Part shown: positions 39,882 to 52,100 of the stretch, in pieces | Layout of the letters: each line of letters starts with the position of its first letter | How positions within the stretch are numbered: the stretch's first letter is position 1 | Assembly: GCA_051362555.1 (NCBI GenBank) | Contig: CM120644.1 | Span: 6,456,954-6,520,953 of the forward strand | Reading direction: 5' to 3' | Source of the DNA: Lingula anatina | Lineage: Eukaryota; Animalia; Brachiopoda | Length of the DNA stretch: 64,000 bases | Notes under the pieces: generated by a model | Databases searched by the model: none | The model's input: the letters and a program-made list of their open reading frames with translations, nothing else | Told to the model about the DNA's origin: nothing | Translations under genes and position numbers: made by a program

Positions 39882-41529
39882 TTAATGAGACCCAATGTAC
39901 GAAGCGGACCCCCGGCGTGCAGCCGCCTGTCTTGCCACGTCAACATCCCGGTGTAATCCCACCATCAGGTACCAATCCGGTTCCTCCGGATCCTCAGAGT
40001 GAATGTTTTGTGGCTGGGTCACTGGCTCCTTAGGGGGTGGTGTCGGATCCGCACTGCTAACGTCCTGGTGTGGGTTTGGGTGTTTTTCTACACTTGACCT
40101 GTGCTTACCATGACCGCGGTCAAGTCCGATCATTTGGTACCAGTCTTTCTCTTCGTCAACAGAAGGTTGCTCGGTAGGGGAGACAAATGGTACCGCGGAG
40201 AGCTTGACGGGTGGTGGTTCCACAGGCTGTAGTTCATCTGGTTGAAGGGAAGAGGAAGAGGAGGCAAAAGTTGGATACGAGGCGATTGGATCCGGTTGCG
40301 TTGGTTGAACTGGTTTGTGGTTTATTATCACTCTACGGCTGGCGTGACGGCGATTCAGCCCGATGACAGCGTACAAGTCTACCTCTTCCTCGGGTGATGA
40401 ATATGGCGGGTTGACAGCCTTGTAGGGCTCGTCTGTCGGGTGGGAAGACGGGTCGTGGCAATTGCCATGGTGACCATTCAGAGACGCCACGATGTCGAGG
40501 TCATTGCAAGTGGAATCTTTATCGGGAGATGAGCAGAGCTGCCACCTATCGCCGTGTCTATCAACTTGAACCTTGTCGCTGCTGGTTTTGATGCCGTCTT
40601 CCGTCTCGAAGCAACCACGTGTTATAACTGTAATAAAAGTGTGAAAATGGGTTCAAAAATGACAGAACGTTTAAATCAAATTTTTTTTTAATTCTTAATT
40701 CTTACTCTCCTATTTTTCTCTGCTCCCGTTGGAAAGAAAACTCACCTCCCGAGGTAGGGCTATACCGGACGAAGCACCTATCGCTCAGGCATTCCTCTGC
40801 TTCCACACCGGAGTCACGACTTCCGGGGTATGCGCACGCTGGGTTTCCGAAGTTAGGGTCCAGGAAGAAGGAGTCCGATACTAACACACGGAATTGACAG
40901 TGGTAACATCCTGAAAGAAAAAGCAATATGGCATTTTTTCTTCCTTAATGTTTATTTTCACAAATGATTACCAAAGCACCTATAAACGAGCTTCCTTGAT
41001 ATACAGAAAGTTATATAAAGAATATTTTATTCGAAATTTTGAATTGCCAAACTGAAATTTATCTGCCATTTCATTTAATTAACAAGATCGATGGTGACGC
41101 TTTAAAGTAGTGATAACAATATTCTGCACGCTAAATTGTCCTTCTTCATAAGCATAGGCGTAACGGTTGAAGAGGGATACAGGGATTAGCTCCCCCCCCC
41201 CCCTTACCTCGTTGTTGATATTTCCTGAATAGTTGCCCAGCTTAAAATTTGCTCCAATGCTCATTTAAATTAAAACAAATGTACATTCTTCTAGTCTCTG
41301 CGATAATAATAAATATAATATCATATATGATATATAACATGCTGATTTATTGACTACTTGCTTTATGAGATAGTTATTAACTAAACCAAAAGTATATATC
41401 TTTGCTACGTAAGGCATTTAAAAACTTACTTGTTCCCAATGTGCTCGACTCAGTAGAGGAAAGAAGGCTCAAGACGATAAGACCTCCCAGCAAGAGCAGA
41501 CAACTACCTCCCATACTTGTTGCCGCCAT
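39882..41529 (-). CDS. Secreted Ly6/uPAR (three-finger, Quiver-like) domain protein with Pro-rich repeat tail, 336 aa
   Basis: Exons 41529-41430 (signal peptide MAATSMGGSCLLLLGGLIVLSLLSSTES), 40910-40746 (RCYHCQ...NPACAYP...ECLSDRCFV), 40627-39882 (ITRGC...QLCSSPDKDSTCN, then tail). GT-AG, both introns phase 1, 1011 nt. Confidence 0.82.
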
Positions 41530-44500
41530 ATAAACCTACCTACCAACCTCGAGTTAAAGTTGAAACTTAGATCCAGATACCGCTGAATGATAGGATAACA
41601 TCTTTTATGAGATACTAAATAGTTCCTAGCACAAAGCTTTATTTCTTTTGTCGTAACATTACGTTAATGGACCAAGAGGTTTAACCATAATATGTCGTGA
41701 CTATATGACTCTGGTGAACCGTTTACTTCGCAACTGCCGCCTTAACAGGTGCTTAAGGGTGGAAAGGTGCCAGGGGCGGGTTCTGAGGTTTACATGATGT
41801 TGCGTTACACATATATCATTATTTGTATCTCGACAGGTGAACTACATTGACGGGCCATCACAAACCGTAATTCAAAAGAAAAAAAAAGTTGTGGATTACC
41901 ATTTTGCTGCGTGTCGTTCACCATTACATCCTGTAGACACTGACTATTGTTGACGACTGGCGTAACGATTGCACATGTAATCTTGATTTCAGGCAAGAAG
42001 GAATTTTTACAATATTTCTTGAATATACATATTTATGGGAGAAACTGCAGAATGCAGCTTGACTCAAGTTTTTTTTTTCACGAAAATTAATACAGGACAT
42101 TTACAACACAATAAGAGACAAATACACCTTCCACACACCATTCACACACTGCAAACAAAGTTCTTACAAATGTTGATTAAACTCAAGTTTATTGACTCAA
42201 GTTGACGGCTGAAGCACTCATAGTTGTATACAGAATCTTGAACGTTTGAAATAAAGAAAGTAAAAAAGGAAAACATAACTACAGAAAGCAATGAAAGAAA
42301 AAAGCAATTCACAAATTGGTCCGTGTCGGCGGTTAAAGATATACTATCAGCTTTAGAATATACCCAAAGTCATATTTTCCATGTATGTAATAAAGGTACT
42401 TATTTTTCCCGATTCAGACCTTGAAAGGATAAAACTACTCAAGTTAAAAAAGCAGGTGTCATTATTTTCTTTTGAAAGTTACAGTAAGACGTGGCTTTCT
42501 AAACGTTAAGGAAAACTTTTAAAATAAATGTGTCAATTAAAAATAGAAAAGAAGCACTGACTCCAAATGCAGATGATGATGGAACAGTGATAGGTGGAGA
42601 TTTCTTCTGGTTTGTCGGGAAAATAGCAGATAAGACACCATTATAAATATTGTAAATATTTTAAGCAACCGGAGAATAAATATGCATGTACTTAAATACT
42701 TCTATACGCATATACATGTAGTTATTAAAACAAATACAAACATTTGACATATTAGTTCACAGAAAAGAATAATTTTTACTTTGTATTTATCTGAACACCA
42801 GAAATGTAAAGAAACTGAGTCTGAGAGAGAAAGAGATAGAAAGAGAGAGGCTCTTGTAACACTGGGCTTACAACACCGCTTGGAAAACGAATTTCAACCC
42901 TCAACGCAAAAACATGATATTGATGACTAAAGGCTGCCAAAATTTCAGTTCATTTCCACTTATATATGAATTTGATGTTTACTTCAAATTATTGTCTAAA
43001 CCCCAACTTTGTATTAGTGGGTGTGAGTGGGCAAAAATTAGTTTCACAAGCGGTCTCAAACCCGGTGTAACAGACATTTAATTCGACACCTCGCGTGCTG
43101 GACTGATATAGCGACATAACAAGTAAGTTTTTACTGTAAGCTCCCCACCTTTTGTTCATTTAACGACCTATTAACGCAGTTATTTTCTCGAAATGAATAT
43201 TTCTCTCTCCATCAATGCTTATTTATACGCAGCTCAACGTTTAGTTATCGTTTGATCTAACTGCTGAATAATAATCTATTGTATGCTTTATTGTAAGTTT
43301 TCGATAATGAACTCGAGAATTTGCACACTTACATGTACATGGACAGGTAAAGCGCCCCCATAGTTTTTGGGTAATGAGTTGCCATTTCACTGGCATTGTT
43401 TTTACAAATTGTAAAAGCCATTAAAGAAAATAAAACCACAACTAATGTGGTTTTGTGTGACTTGATATACATAAAAAGAGGCCCGCAAGTGTCTTTTGTG
43501 GCACGCAACAGTCACACCACAAAAGAAAATTGCAATCAGGAACTATTACAATGACCATTTATAAATCAACTTAATTGGAAATCTGTCATAGATATAGCAT
43601 TGTTTTTGTGTCATGGCATAGCAAACCTTTTCTGAATATTATTTCCGCCAGACGTAATTTTGTAAGTGACTATTAGTGAGAAACCAATGAATCATGCCGT
43701 TCAACATCTTCACTGTCAACGAAATAAGACGACGCGTGACCTACTTCTTTTATATTATGAACATTGGAGTACTTAAGAGTGTTTTTTTTTTTTTTTTGGG
43801 GGGGGGGGTATGAAGTAATTGCTAGGTAATAGAAATGCGTTTAAATTGCTTTACTTGCTTCGCTGATAATTTCGGGTGCGTTACAGTTAGAAGTAGTCTA
43901 TTTGCTTGCAGAAATTTTAGACCTATCGTGAAACATATTTTAACACCCGTACAGGCCTAACCACGCGGCAAAAATGCTACAGTTGAGATGTCGTTGAACT
44001 ACAACTGCTGGATACTGTATGTCATATCCATAACACACGATACGTTAGGGCCTACTCCTTAAAGAGTGAGGCGAGTAATCGTGAATATTTCTATATCACA
44101 ATATATATATTAAAAAAGACACATCAGAAAGATAGCGCATGTATCACAATGCGTGTATAATTTATTGCAAATGCACTGGTTTCAAAGATGTTAATAAATG
44201 TCTTTCCTTTTTTTGTGTCAGTGTGTGTGCATGCATGCCTTGTTGGGTATATGCTCTAAAAGCACATTTATGCCGGTAAGTATGTATTGTTTGTATTTGT
44301 TTGTTCACGCTCCTACACTATAGAGGACTTGTAATCTACCAAACGAAAAACAAACATGTGTGAAACAAGCTCCAATGTCATCGAATAATAACGAGTAAGA
44401 ATATAATTTTTACTTTGAATCGCTTCTGTAATTCCCGGTGTTTTGAGTGTGAAAGGTAGCAAGATCAAGAGCAAGTAATATCTGACATATGGTCTCGAAT

Positions 44501-45668
44501 GTGTAGACCATTTATCTTTCTCTTTCAATGCCAGTGCGTATTTATAAAGAGCGCTTGTCCGTATAATTATATAAGTAAAGTAAAATGAGTGGAATATTAT
44601 CATATTATTTGAATGTTCAGTTAACTTAAATATCAATCTTAATTAACAAAACAATTTTGCAATTTCCTTTGAACTTTTTTCACAGTATACTACAAAAAAT
44701 TATTCTCATCACTAGCAACTGCCTGCCATAACACAAACAACGACACACGGTCATAATTTTCCTTCTTTAACGTTTTAAAGTCAACGCAATGTAACTAACC
44801 AGCTGCACAAAAGTTCTTCCTATCTCCTACCAAAATATATGCAAGTAGGTACCATTTAAACATGTTATTTCAATCTATTTAGGACAGAAGATAATGGATC
44901 TTATTTTGCCTCTATTTTAGACAGTGTCCGTGAACATGGAGATGTCCCCACCAGCGCCAAGGACCAGGTCAAGCGGGTCAGAGTAGCCATTTATTGCGCA
45001 ACATGACAACGCTTTGTCAGCTACAGCGTGCACTAGCGCGTGGCTAACAGGGGCAAATATGGCCCCTCTTCCACGCTTTGTTAACACGCCGGTGGACTCG
45101 GGTCATCTTGTCCAGAGATAATACTATCAGTCCAAAGTGGAATAATAATTATAATAATAATAGTGATAATAATAATCATGTCGGCGACAGAACAGGATGG
45201 GGCTGTGAGATTTTTTTACTCATGGTGGCTCTCAATCTTTCCACATGTTCTAGACCAGTATCGCTCATCAGTATGTCTATAAATTTATCTGATTCTCGGT
45301 CTCTACTGAAGTACCGAATCTTACGCTGTTATGTGATGAGCTGTTGGCAAGGCGTAGTCGTGTGTCTACATACATGGCCATAAAGTGTCTTGTGCATGTT
45401 TGGGAAAGTTTGGAGAGGGAACCAAAAAGAGCTGTATTTCGCACTTGCCCATCACTGCTGATGTTTCGTTCTGATTGTAAACACAACTGTGCGGTTGATT
45501 CTCCTTCTGTTTATTAACTTAGCCACAAATGATGTAAAGCTGATGTCACGGAGGTTGTCTGTAAAATCGGGATCTCCAAATGGGTGCTGGAGTTTTATTT
45601 ACGGTTGTGAAGAAATCCTTATTTTACACGTCCAAATAGTTAATATGCATAAATATCATTATAGCTTC

Positions 45669-45865
45669 AATTCTGGCTCCGCCCATGAGACTGCACACCC
45701 GGAACATATATCATTTTAATCTGAACTATTGCTACCAACTGCCTCTAGGAACGCCTTCCTTAACTGTCCGTATCTGATCACGTAAATAGCAGGATTCGCC
45801 GCAGAGTTCAAAGCCGTTAGCTAAACGAACGCCAATCGAATACTCAGCGTGAGAGGATTGTTCAA
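45669..45865 (-). pseudogene. Diverged 3' fragment of a third GPCR paralog (TM7/helix 8)
   Basis: Translates NNPLTLSIRLAFV*LTALNSAANPAIYVIRYGQLRKAFLEAVGS; the downstream gtgcagtctcatgggcggagccagaattga resembles the copy-1 terminus. Confidence 0.8.
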
Positions 45866-45889
45866 CTCTCTATTATCAATTTTAAATGC

Positions 45890-46896
45890 TCAATTTTGAT
45901 TCTGTCCATGAGAATGCACATTACATGCACTGGGCCCTGTTTCGCATGGGCTAGATTGCAACTTCTTACTGTCTACTGCCTCTAGAAACGCCTTCCTAAA
46001 CTGCCGGTATCTGATCACGTAAATAACAGGATTCACCGCAGAGTTCAGAACCGTCAGCTGAACAAGCGCCAATCGAATCTTCAATGTGAGAGGATTATAG
46101 TTCATGAAAGTGTAACTATGAACGCCGAGCATTACTATAATAGGTGTCCAACACGTGAAAAAGCACGCCAGCACAAGAGCAACCGTGCGTGATAGTTTAG
46201 CCATTTTGTGCTTGTCATGTGACAATGAATTTATTTGCGCATGCTCGATTTTAATGTACATGAAGAGTATCCCTACGGCGTTAAATACGAAAAAAGGTAC
46301 TAGGACCCAACTTATGTAGATCTCCGGGATGACCAAGGACAAATCACACTCTTTGTCCTTTTCAAATGACCAATCCTTACGCCAGAAAATCGGCATGACA
46401 AATCCAAGAACAAATGCTGGAATCCATATTGAGAGAGCCACACCAACGAACCACGCTTTTTTGTTGCGTGACATATGCTTTAGTGGGTATATTATGGCAA
46501 AATATCTGTCTACTGTAATCATGAAAAGCGACAGAACTGATGCCATGCCGGGGAAAAATACGAGAGCTACCATAAGGTACAAATATAAATGTCCTCAAAT
46601 AAGTAATCGTACGATACCGTAGCTGCATGAAAGATGAGGGTCAGCCCAGCAACTAGGTCCGTAACTGTTAATTGTACCATCATAACACTGTTACTTGTCC
46701 GTAATCTTTTCACTCGGCAGTATGCCACGAGCACTATACAGTTGCCGACGCAGATTAAAACCATTAACATAATGAAAACTGATATCATCCAAGGTTTACT
46801 CCATTTTGTGACTGCTGCCGTCGAGTTCTCAACACTGGTTGAATTTGTCCCTATGTTGGAAAAAGTCTTTAAAATTCCTTCAACTGTATCATTCAT
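45890..46896 (-). pseudogene. Class A (rhodopsin-like) GPCR, copy 1, with a 1-bp frameshift
   Basis: ORFs 46567-46896 and 45890-46582 together match 62596-63573. Plus strand reads agctacc at ~46565 versus agcatacc at 63241. DRY and NSAVNPVIY are present. Could be an assembly error. Confidence 0.8.
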
Positions 46897-47250
46897 TTTG
46901 GTTCTGTTGTAATCTGTTAAAGTGTAGTTCGTTATTTTGTGACTCGGGATAAATCGTCCTTGTTAAAAACTGCAAAAGAGATTGAAATATTTTAATTAAC
47001 TGTGTTGGCAAAATTTTTCTTGACTAAATACGTCTTTTTTTTTTCTTTCCTTTAATACTGAAATTTTGCGGTTGAACAGGAATGCAGAGTCTAATCATAT
47101 ACCGTTTCAGATTTTAAGATATATTTCTCAATGTTTCCCTAGTTTCGTTATTTAAACATATTTCACTTTCCTGAGCGTTGGTAATTTCATTGTAATGTAT
47201 CATATAGACGTGTTTATTCCTCGCTTGAGAAAGCGAAATGCCACGGTTCG

Positions 47251-47281
<31 letters not shown>

Positions 47282-48497
47282 CTTTAGTGTGAACAACCCC
47301 CCCCCCCCCCCCCCCCATTTAGACATGGCCTGTAATTTGAGGAATTAACAAAGCAGCCTGTGGGGTGTACCCAACCCAAACTGTATATGGGGTCTGTCAT
47401 GAGCATTATTTGCACCCCCCCCCCTCACGCCCCGCCAGTAAATTTTAGACCTTGTCACTATACTAATATTTTAACGCAGACATTGTCGCGTTTATAAAAG
47501 AATTACATGTACCACTAACTCCCCTTATTCATTCCTTCAAAAGAAGTACGACTGCACAATGATGTATTACACTAATATAAACAGAGCAATAAAAACATTA
47601 TTATATTACTCTTTAGATAACTCGCCCCACACCATACTCACTTATGAACAGTGGACCCCAATACTTTTAAACATTAAAATATTTCATACATTTTCCCCAC
47701 TGTATTATCATCTCAGCGTACGTACTATATGTACCCCTGTACCTTTTATAATCTACATGTAAACTTATTTTACGTTTTCCAATATACAGGTATAAATATC
47801 TACCTAAAATTTATTGTGCAACCAATTTCACTTGTTAAATTATTAATTTCTGAGTTGCACTTCCAGTTGCTGATGTCTTACTTGATACGAATTTCAATGA
47901 AAGAAATAAATGTATAGATACAGTGTCAGGATTTAACAGTATCATATTTCAAAATCAGAAATAAATGCACAATGCTCACTGTATGACTTAACAAGTTACA
48001 ACAGCTGTCTTGATAGTTGCAGTGAAGGCCGACAATATAAGTCAAATACCTACCTACAGCGTGTCATATTTCTGATTTATTCCCATCGTCGGTGACGACT
48101 GTTTCCTGTGTCACAATTCTTTTACAATATTCCACTGCATTTGCTGCTGTTTAAACCAACTGCAGGTTTCATTATATATCCAAAATACGTAAGATTCCGA
48201 AGACCTGCAGCCAAGACGACCACGATCACTGTGCAAGCGAGGCAGCGTAGTACGGCCAGGGTGCTATGCTTCGGACACCTGAAAAATACACGTCTATCCT
48301 AGGCCTCATTCCCATACCTAGATCAATCTAGCGTAATCGGTTCATTTCCGAGGGTACTTGGCTAAACTGCTCTCTGCTTAAGTGGCTTCGATGTTTGCCA
48401 AGCCTACTGAAGCTGCTGAACGATAGTTAATTACCCCCTAACAGCTTCAGTAGAGCCGCTGACATCTGACATCTGAGCCTCTTAAGCTTATAGTGCA

Positions 48498-48992
48498 TAT
48501 AGCACGCAAGGACTATATAGGTGTATTAAAAGTCAAAGAAAAGGCATGTGTTTTTCACTGGATCTTGGTTTATTCACATGGATTCACAAGACACGTAAAA
48601 ACTAAAAAAGAAGAAAAGAAAAAGAAAATTACAACAATGTTCTTACTAACGGTTATTTACGTGTTCAAATTTACTTACTCAAAAAACTTATAAATTTCAA
48701 TAATCACCAATAATAAATAACCAATCATCAATAATCAATAATAATCAATAAACAGTATTAAAACTCACCATTTCTGCCATTCCTTTAAACTATAAATTTC
48801 AAGTAGAAATAACAGATTCAAAAGTAAGAGTACTATGTGTTCCTCCTACGGAGACACTGTGATGAATGAAACAAAGTGCAAAACTCATGGGGCACCACCC
48901 TGAATGAAAAGTTGTCATTTATGCAAATGAATGCATTAGATGAGCCGGACACCAGGCTCCTCAATCACAACAAAAGTAAACTAAACCTTACA
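48498..48992 (-). repeat. 3' LTR of the BEL element
   Basis: No differences seen by eye from 54913-55407. Confidence 0.95.
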
Positions 48993-49112
48993 TACCGGCC
49001 ACCGAAAGGCGATTTAATCAAGATTCAAAATAGCCTTTCTAATCAAATATAAACACTATTTAATTTACTCAAAAAATGTCTTATAAAGTCATTGTCACTT
49101 AAATGCATTGCA

Positions 49113-52100
49113 TTAAACAAAATTTCCTTCCAATAAACACAGTTTTCGCACATCACGGCGAAAGCGTCCCTTGGCTGTTTTAACAATCACCTGGCGCACA
49201 TGTCCGTATTTATCAGGAAAAGTTTCCTCTATCAGTCCTTTAGGCCACTGGCCGCGAAAGGCATTTTCATCAATAAGTAAAACAAAGTCACCTTTTTCAA
49301 AGTTTTTTGCTGGTCGGAGCCATTTCTGGCGTTCTTGAAGCACTGGCAAGTATTCTTTAATCCATCGCTGCCAAAATTGGTCTGCAATTAATTGCGCATG
49401 TTTCCACTGTTCATTATATTGATCACGTTCTGTGAAATTGTCAGCGGGCAAACAGGGATTCGAACGCAGCAACAGTAGTTGATTTGGTGACAGGGTTTCT
49501 AGTTCGTAATAATGGTCTGCTTTGCGGATCAACGGACGATCATTCATGATTTTCTCAACTTCAGCAAGTACAGTAAGTAATGTCTCGTCATCTACCAATC
49601 TATTTCCCAAAATCGAACGCATGATTTTCCGCACTGATCTGATTAAACGCTCCCATACGCCACCTGCGTGGCTTGCATTTGGAGGATTGAAATACCACTG
49701 AATGTTGCGTCGTAACAGAGAATCACTGATTTTTTCTTGATTCCACTGCTGTAAATTGCGTTTTAGATCTGCTTCAGCACCTCTGAAATTGGTCCCGTTG
49801 TCACTGAAAATTTCACACGGCGGTCCTCGCCGACTAATGAAACGCAAAACTGCTTGAATGAACGAGTCTGATGACAGATTATATGATATCTCCAAATGAA
49901 CTGCTCTAGTCGCCATGCACGTAAAAATGCAACCATAACGCTTATTTGTTCGTCTTCCGCATTTCACTAACAGTGGTCCAAAGTAGTCGACACCTACTGA
50001 ATGAAATGGTGGCTTCCCTGGTGTCACACGACTTCTTGGAAGTGGGGCCATAACTTGACTGCTGGGAACTGCATTCCATCTGCGGCACACCATGCACTTG
50101 CGAATGACTTTTTTCACTGTTGACAATCCACGCGTTATCCAAAATTCTTGACGTATCACAGATAACACGTGATATGCCCCCACATGTCCTTCTTTAATGT
50201 GATAGTGTCGCACAATGATTTCAGTGACGTGATGATCATGCGGAAGAATTTTCGGGTGTTTCTGTGAGGTAGATATCGCTGCATTCTGGAGACGTCCTCC
50301 TACACACAGAATCCCATCAATTTTGATCGGAGATAGCTTGCGCAATGGGCTCACGTATCCCTTGGAATCAGGTTTTTTGGTCATTGCAGATGATACAACG
50401 TTGCACTCTTTGGGAAATGATTTTGCTTGTACATACATCACAATAGCATCAGTAGCAAGCGCGATTTCCTGTACTGTTAATGGTCCATTGTTTCTATCTA
50501 CTGTCAATTGTCTCACGCGGGACAGTAAGTAGCGTTTGAAACGCAAAATCCAGGCAACTGATTTCTGTAACGCATACCATGATGAGAAATGATGTAACAA
50601 TCGCTCTACACCGTCCAATACTTCCGACGACGTAGTGACGTGTATCTGAGCTGATTTACGTTTCACTTCTCTGTCATTTTCTGGAATTTCATGTAGATTA
50701 TCTGGTTGTTTCGGCCAGTGTATCTCGGGCTGATACAAGAAAGCTGGGCCATGTAACCAACGTTGTATGTCATCACCGTTATCACTTCTGAGCTGTATTC
50801 CTCTCGAAGCGTAATCTGCTGGGTTCTGATCTGAATCAACATGATACCACTGCGATGGGGATGAAACATCATGTATCATTTGTAAACGATTGGCAACAAA
50901 AACGTGGAATCTGGTCGCGGAATTCCGAATGTACTGGAGCACAATCGTAGAATCTGTCCAGAAAACAACACGATGAATGGGCAGTTGTAGTTCTTCCATC
51001 ATTTGTTTGTGGACTTTCGCAGACAATGTAGCAGCTGTTAGCTCCATTCGAGGAACAGTCACTGTTTTCAGAGGCGCAACACGTGATTTCCCCATGACAA
51101 TGGTGCAAGATACTTGCTGGTTAATATCAACAAATCGCAAGTAGGAAACAATGCCGTAGCCGGATAACGAGGCATCTGAAAAATGGTGAAGTTCAATGGA
51201 CTGAATATCTGCTAATTGAGCTGATTTGTAGCATCTTGGGACTTCAATTCTTTGTAAATTGTCCAATCCTTCTCTCCACTGTGTCCATGCATTAAGATGC
51301 TCTGCAGGTAAGTCACTGTCCCACGCAATGCCTTCCCGACACAATTCTTGGAGTATCTGTTTAGGTTTGAGAATAAGTGGCGCTGCAAAACCCAGTGGAT
51401 CATATATCGATGCAATAAATGACAAAATACCTCTGCGGGTATTCTTTACATCCCTTTCACGGACGCAGTATCCAAATGTATCCTTTTCTATGTTCCACTG
51501 TACGCCTAACGCATGTTCTATCGGCTGTTTGTCAAAGTTTACATTTCTGACCGACGGTGCTTGCTCTGCAGTGGGCACACTGGATAGAACTTCCTCCTGG
51601 TTCGATATCCACTTGGTCAGATGAAATCCACCTTTCTGCAGTAACGAGGTGAGTTGAGTGATCATCATCTTAGCTTCATCAACGGTCTCTACAGACTTTA
51701 AGCAATCGTCAACATAGAAGTTTCTGTAGACAGTTTCAACGGTCTGGAAATCAAAGTCATTTCCATGATCCTCTGCATTTTTGAGGAGAGCGTAGACTGT
51801 ACAACTTGCAGAGGAAGTAGCACCAAACACGTGGACTAACATTTGGTATTCTTCTGGTTGTTTGCTGAGATCTCCTGCCGGCCACCATAGGAATCGTAAG
51901 GCGTCACGATCACCAGGGTGCACTCTCACTTGATGATACATTTGCTCAATATCAGCAACAATGGCTATCTTCTCCTGGCGGAATCTAAGGAGAACTCCAA
52001 TGAGTGAATTGGTCAAATCCGGACCCTGTAACAAGGAATCATTCAGCGAAACGCCTGCATATTTCGCTGCACAATCGAAGACAACTCTAATTTTGGACTT

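Noticed and set aside
39930-40385. DLYAVIGLNRRHAS / DWYQMIGL as DnaJ J-domains
   Set aside because: Resembles J-domain helix I only; no HPD motif and the following sequence is Pro-rich.
41600-44900. Genes in the AT-rich interval between the LU gene and the GPCRs
   Set aside because: Only isolated splice-like motifs and low-complexity ORFs; no consistent exon chain could be built.
48493-48693. Duplicated 66-69 aa ORF (also 54899-55108)
   Set aside because: Antisense reading of the A-rich LTR.
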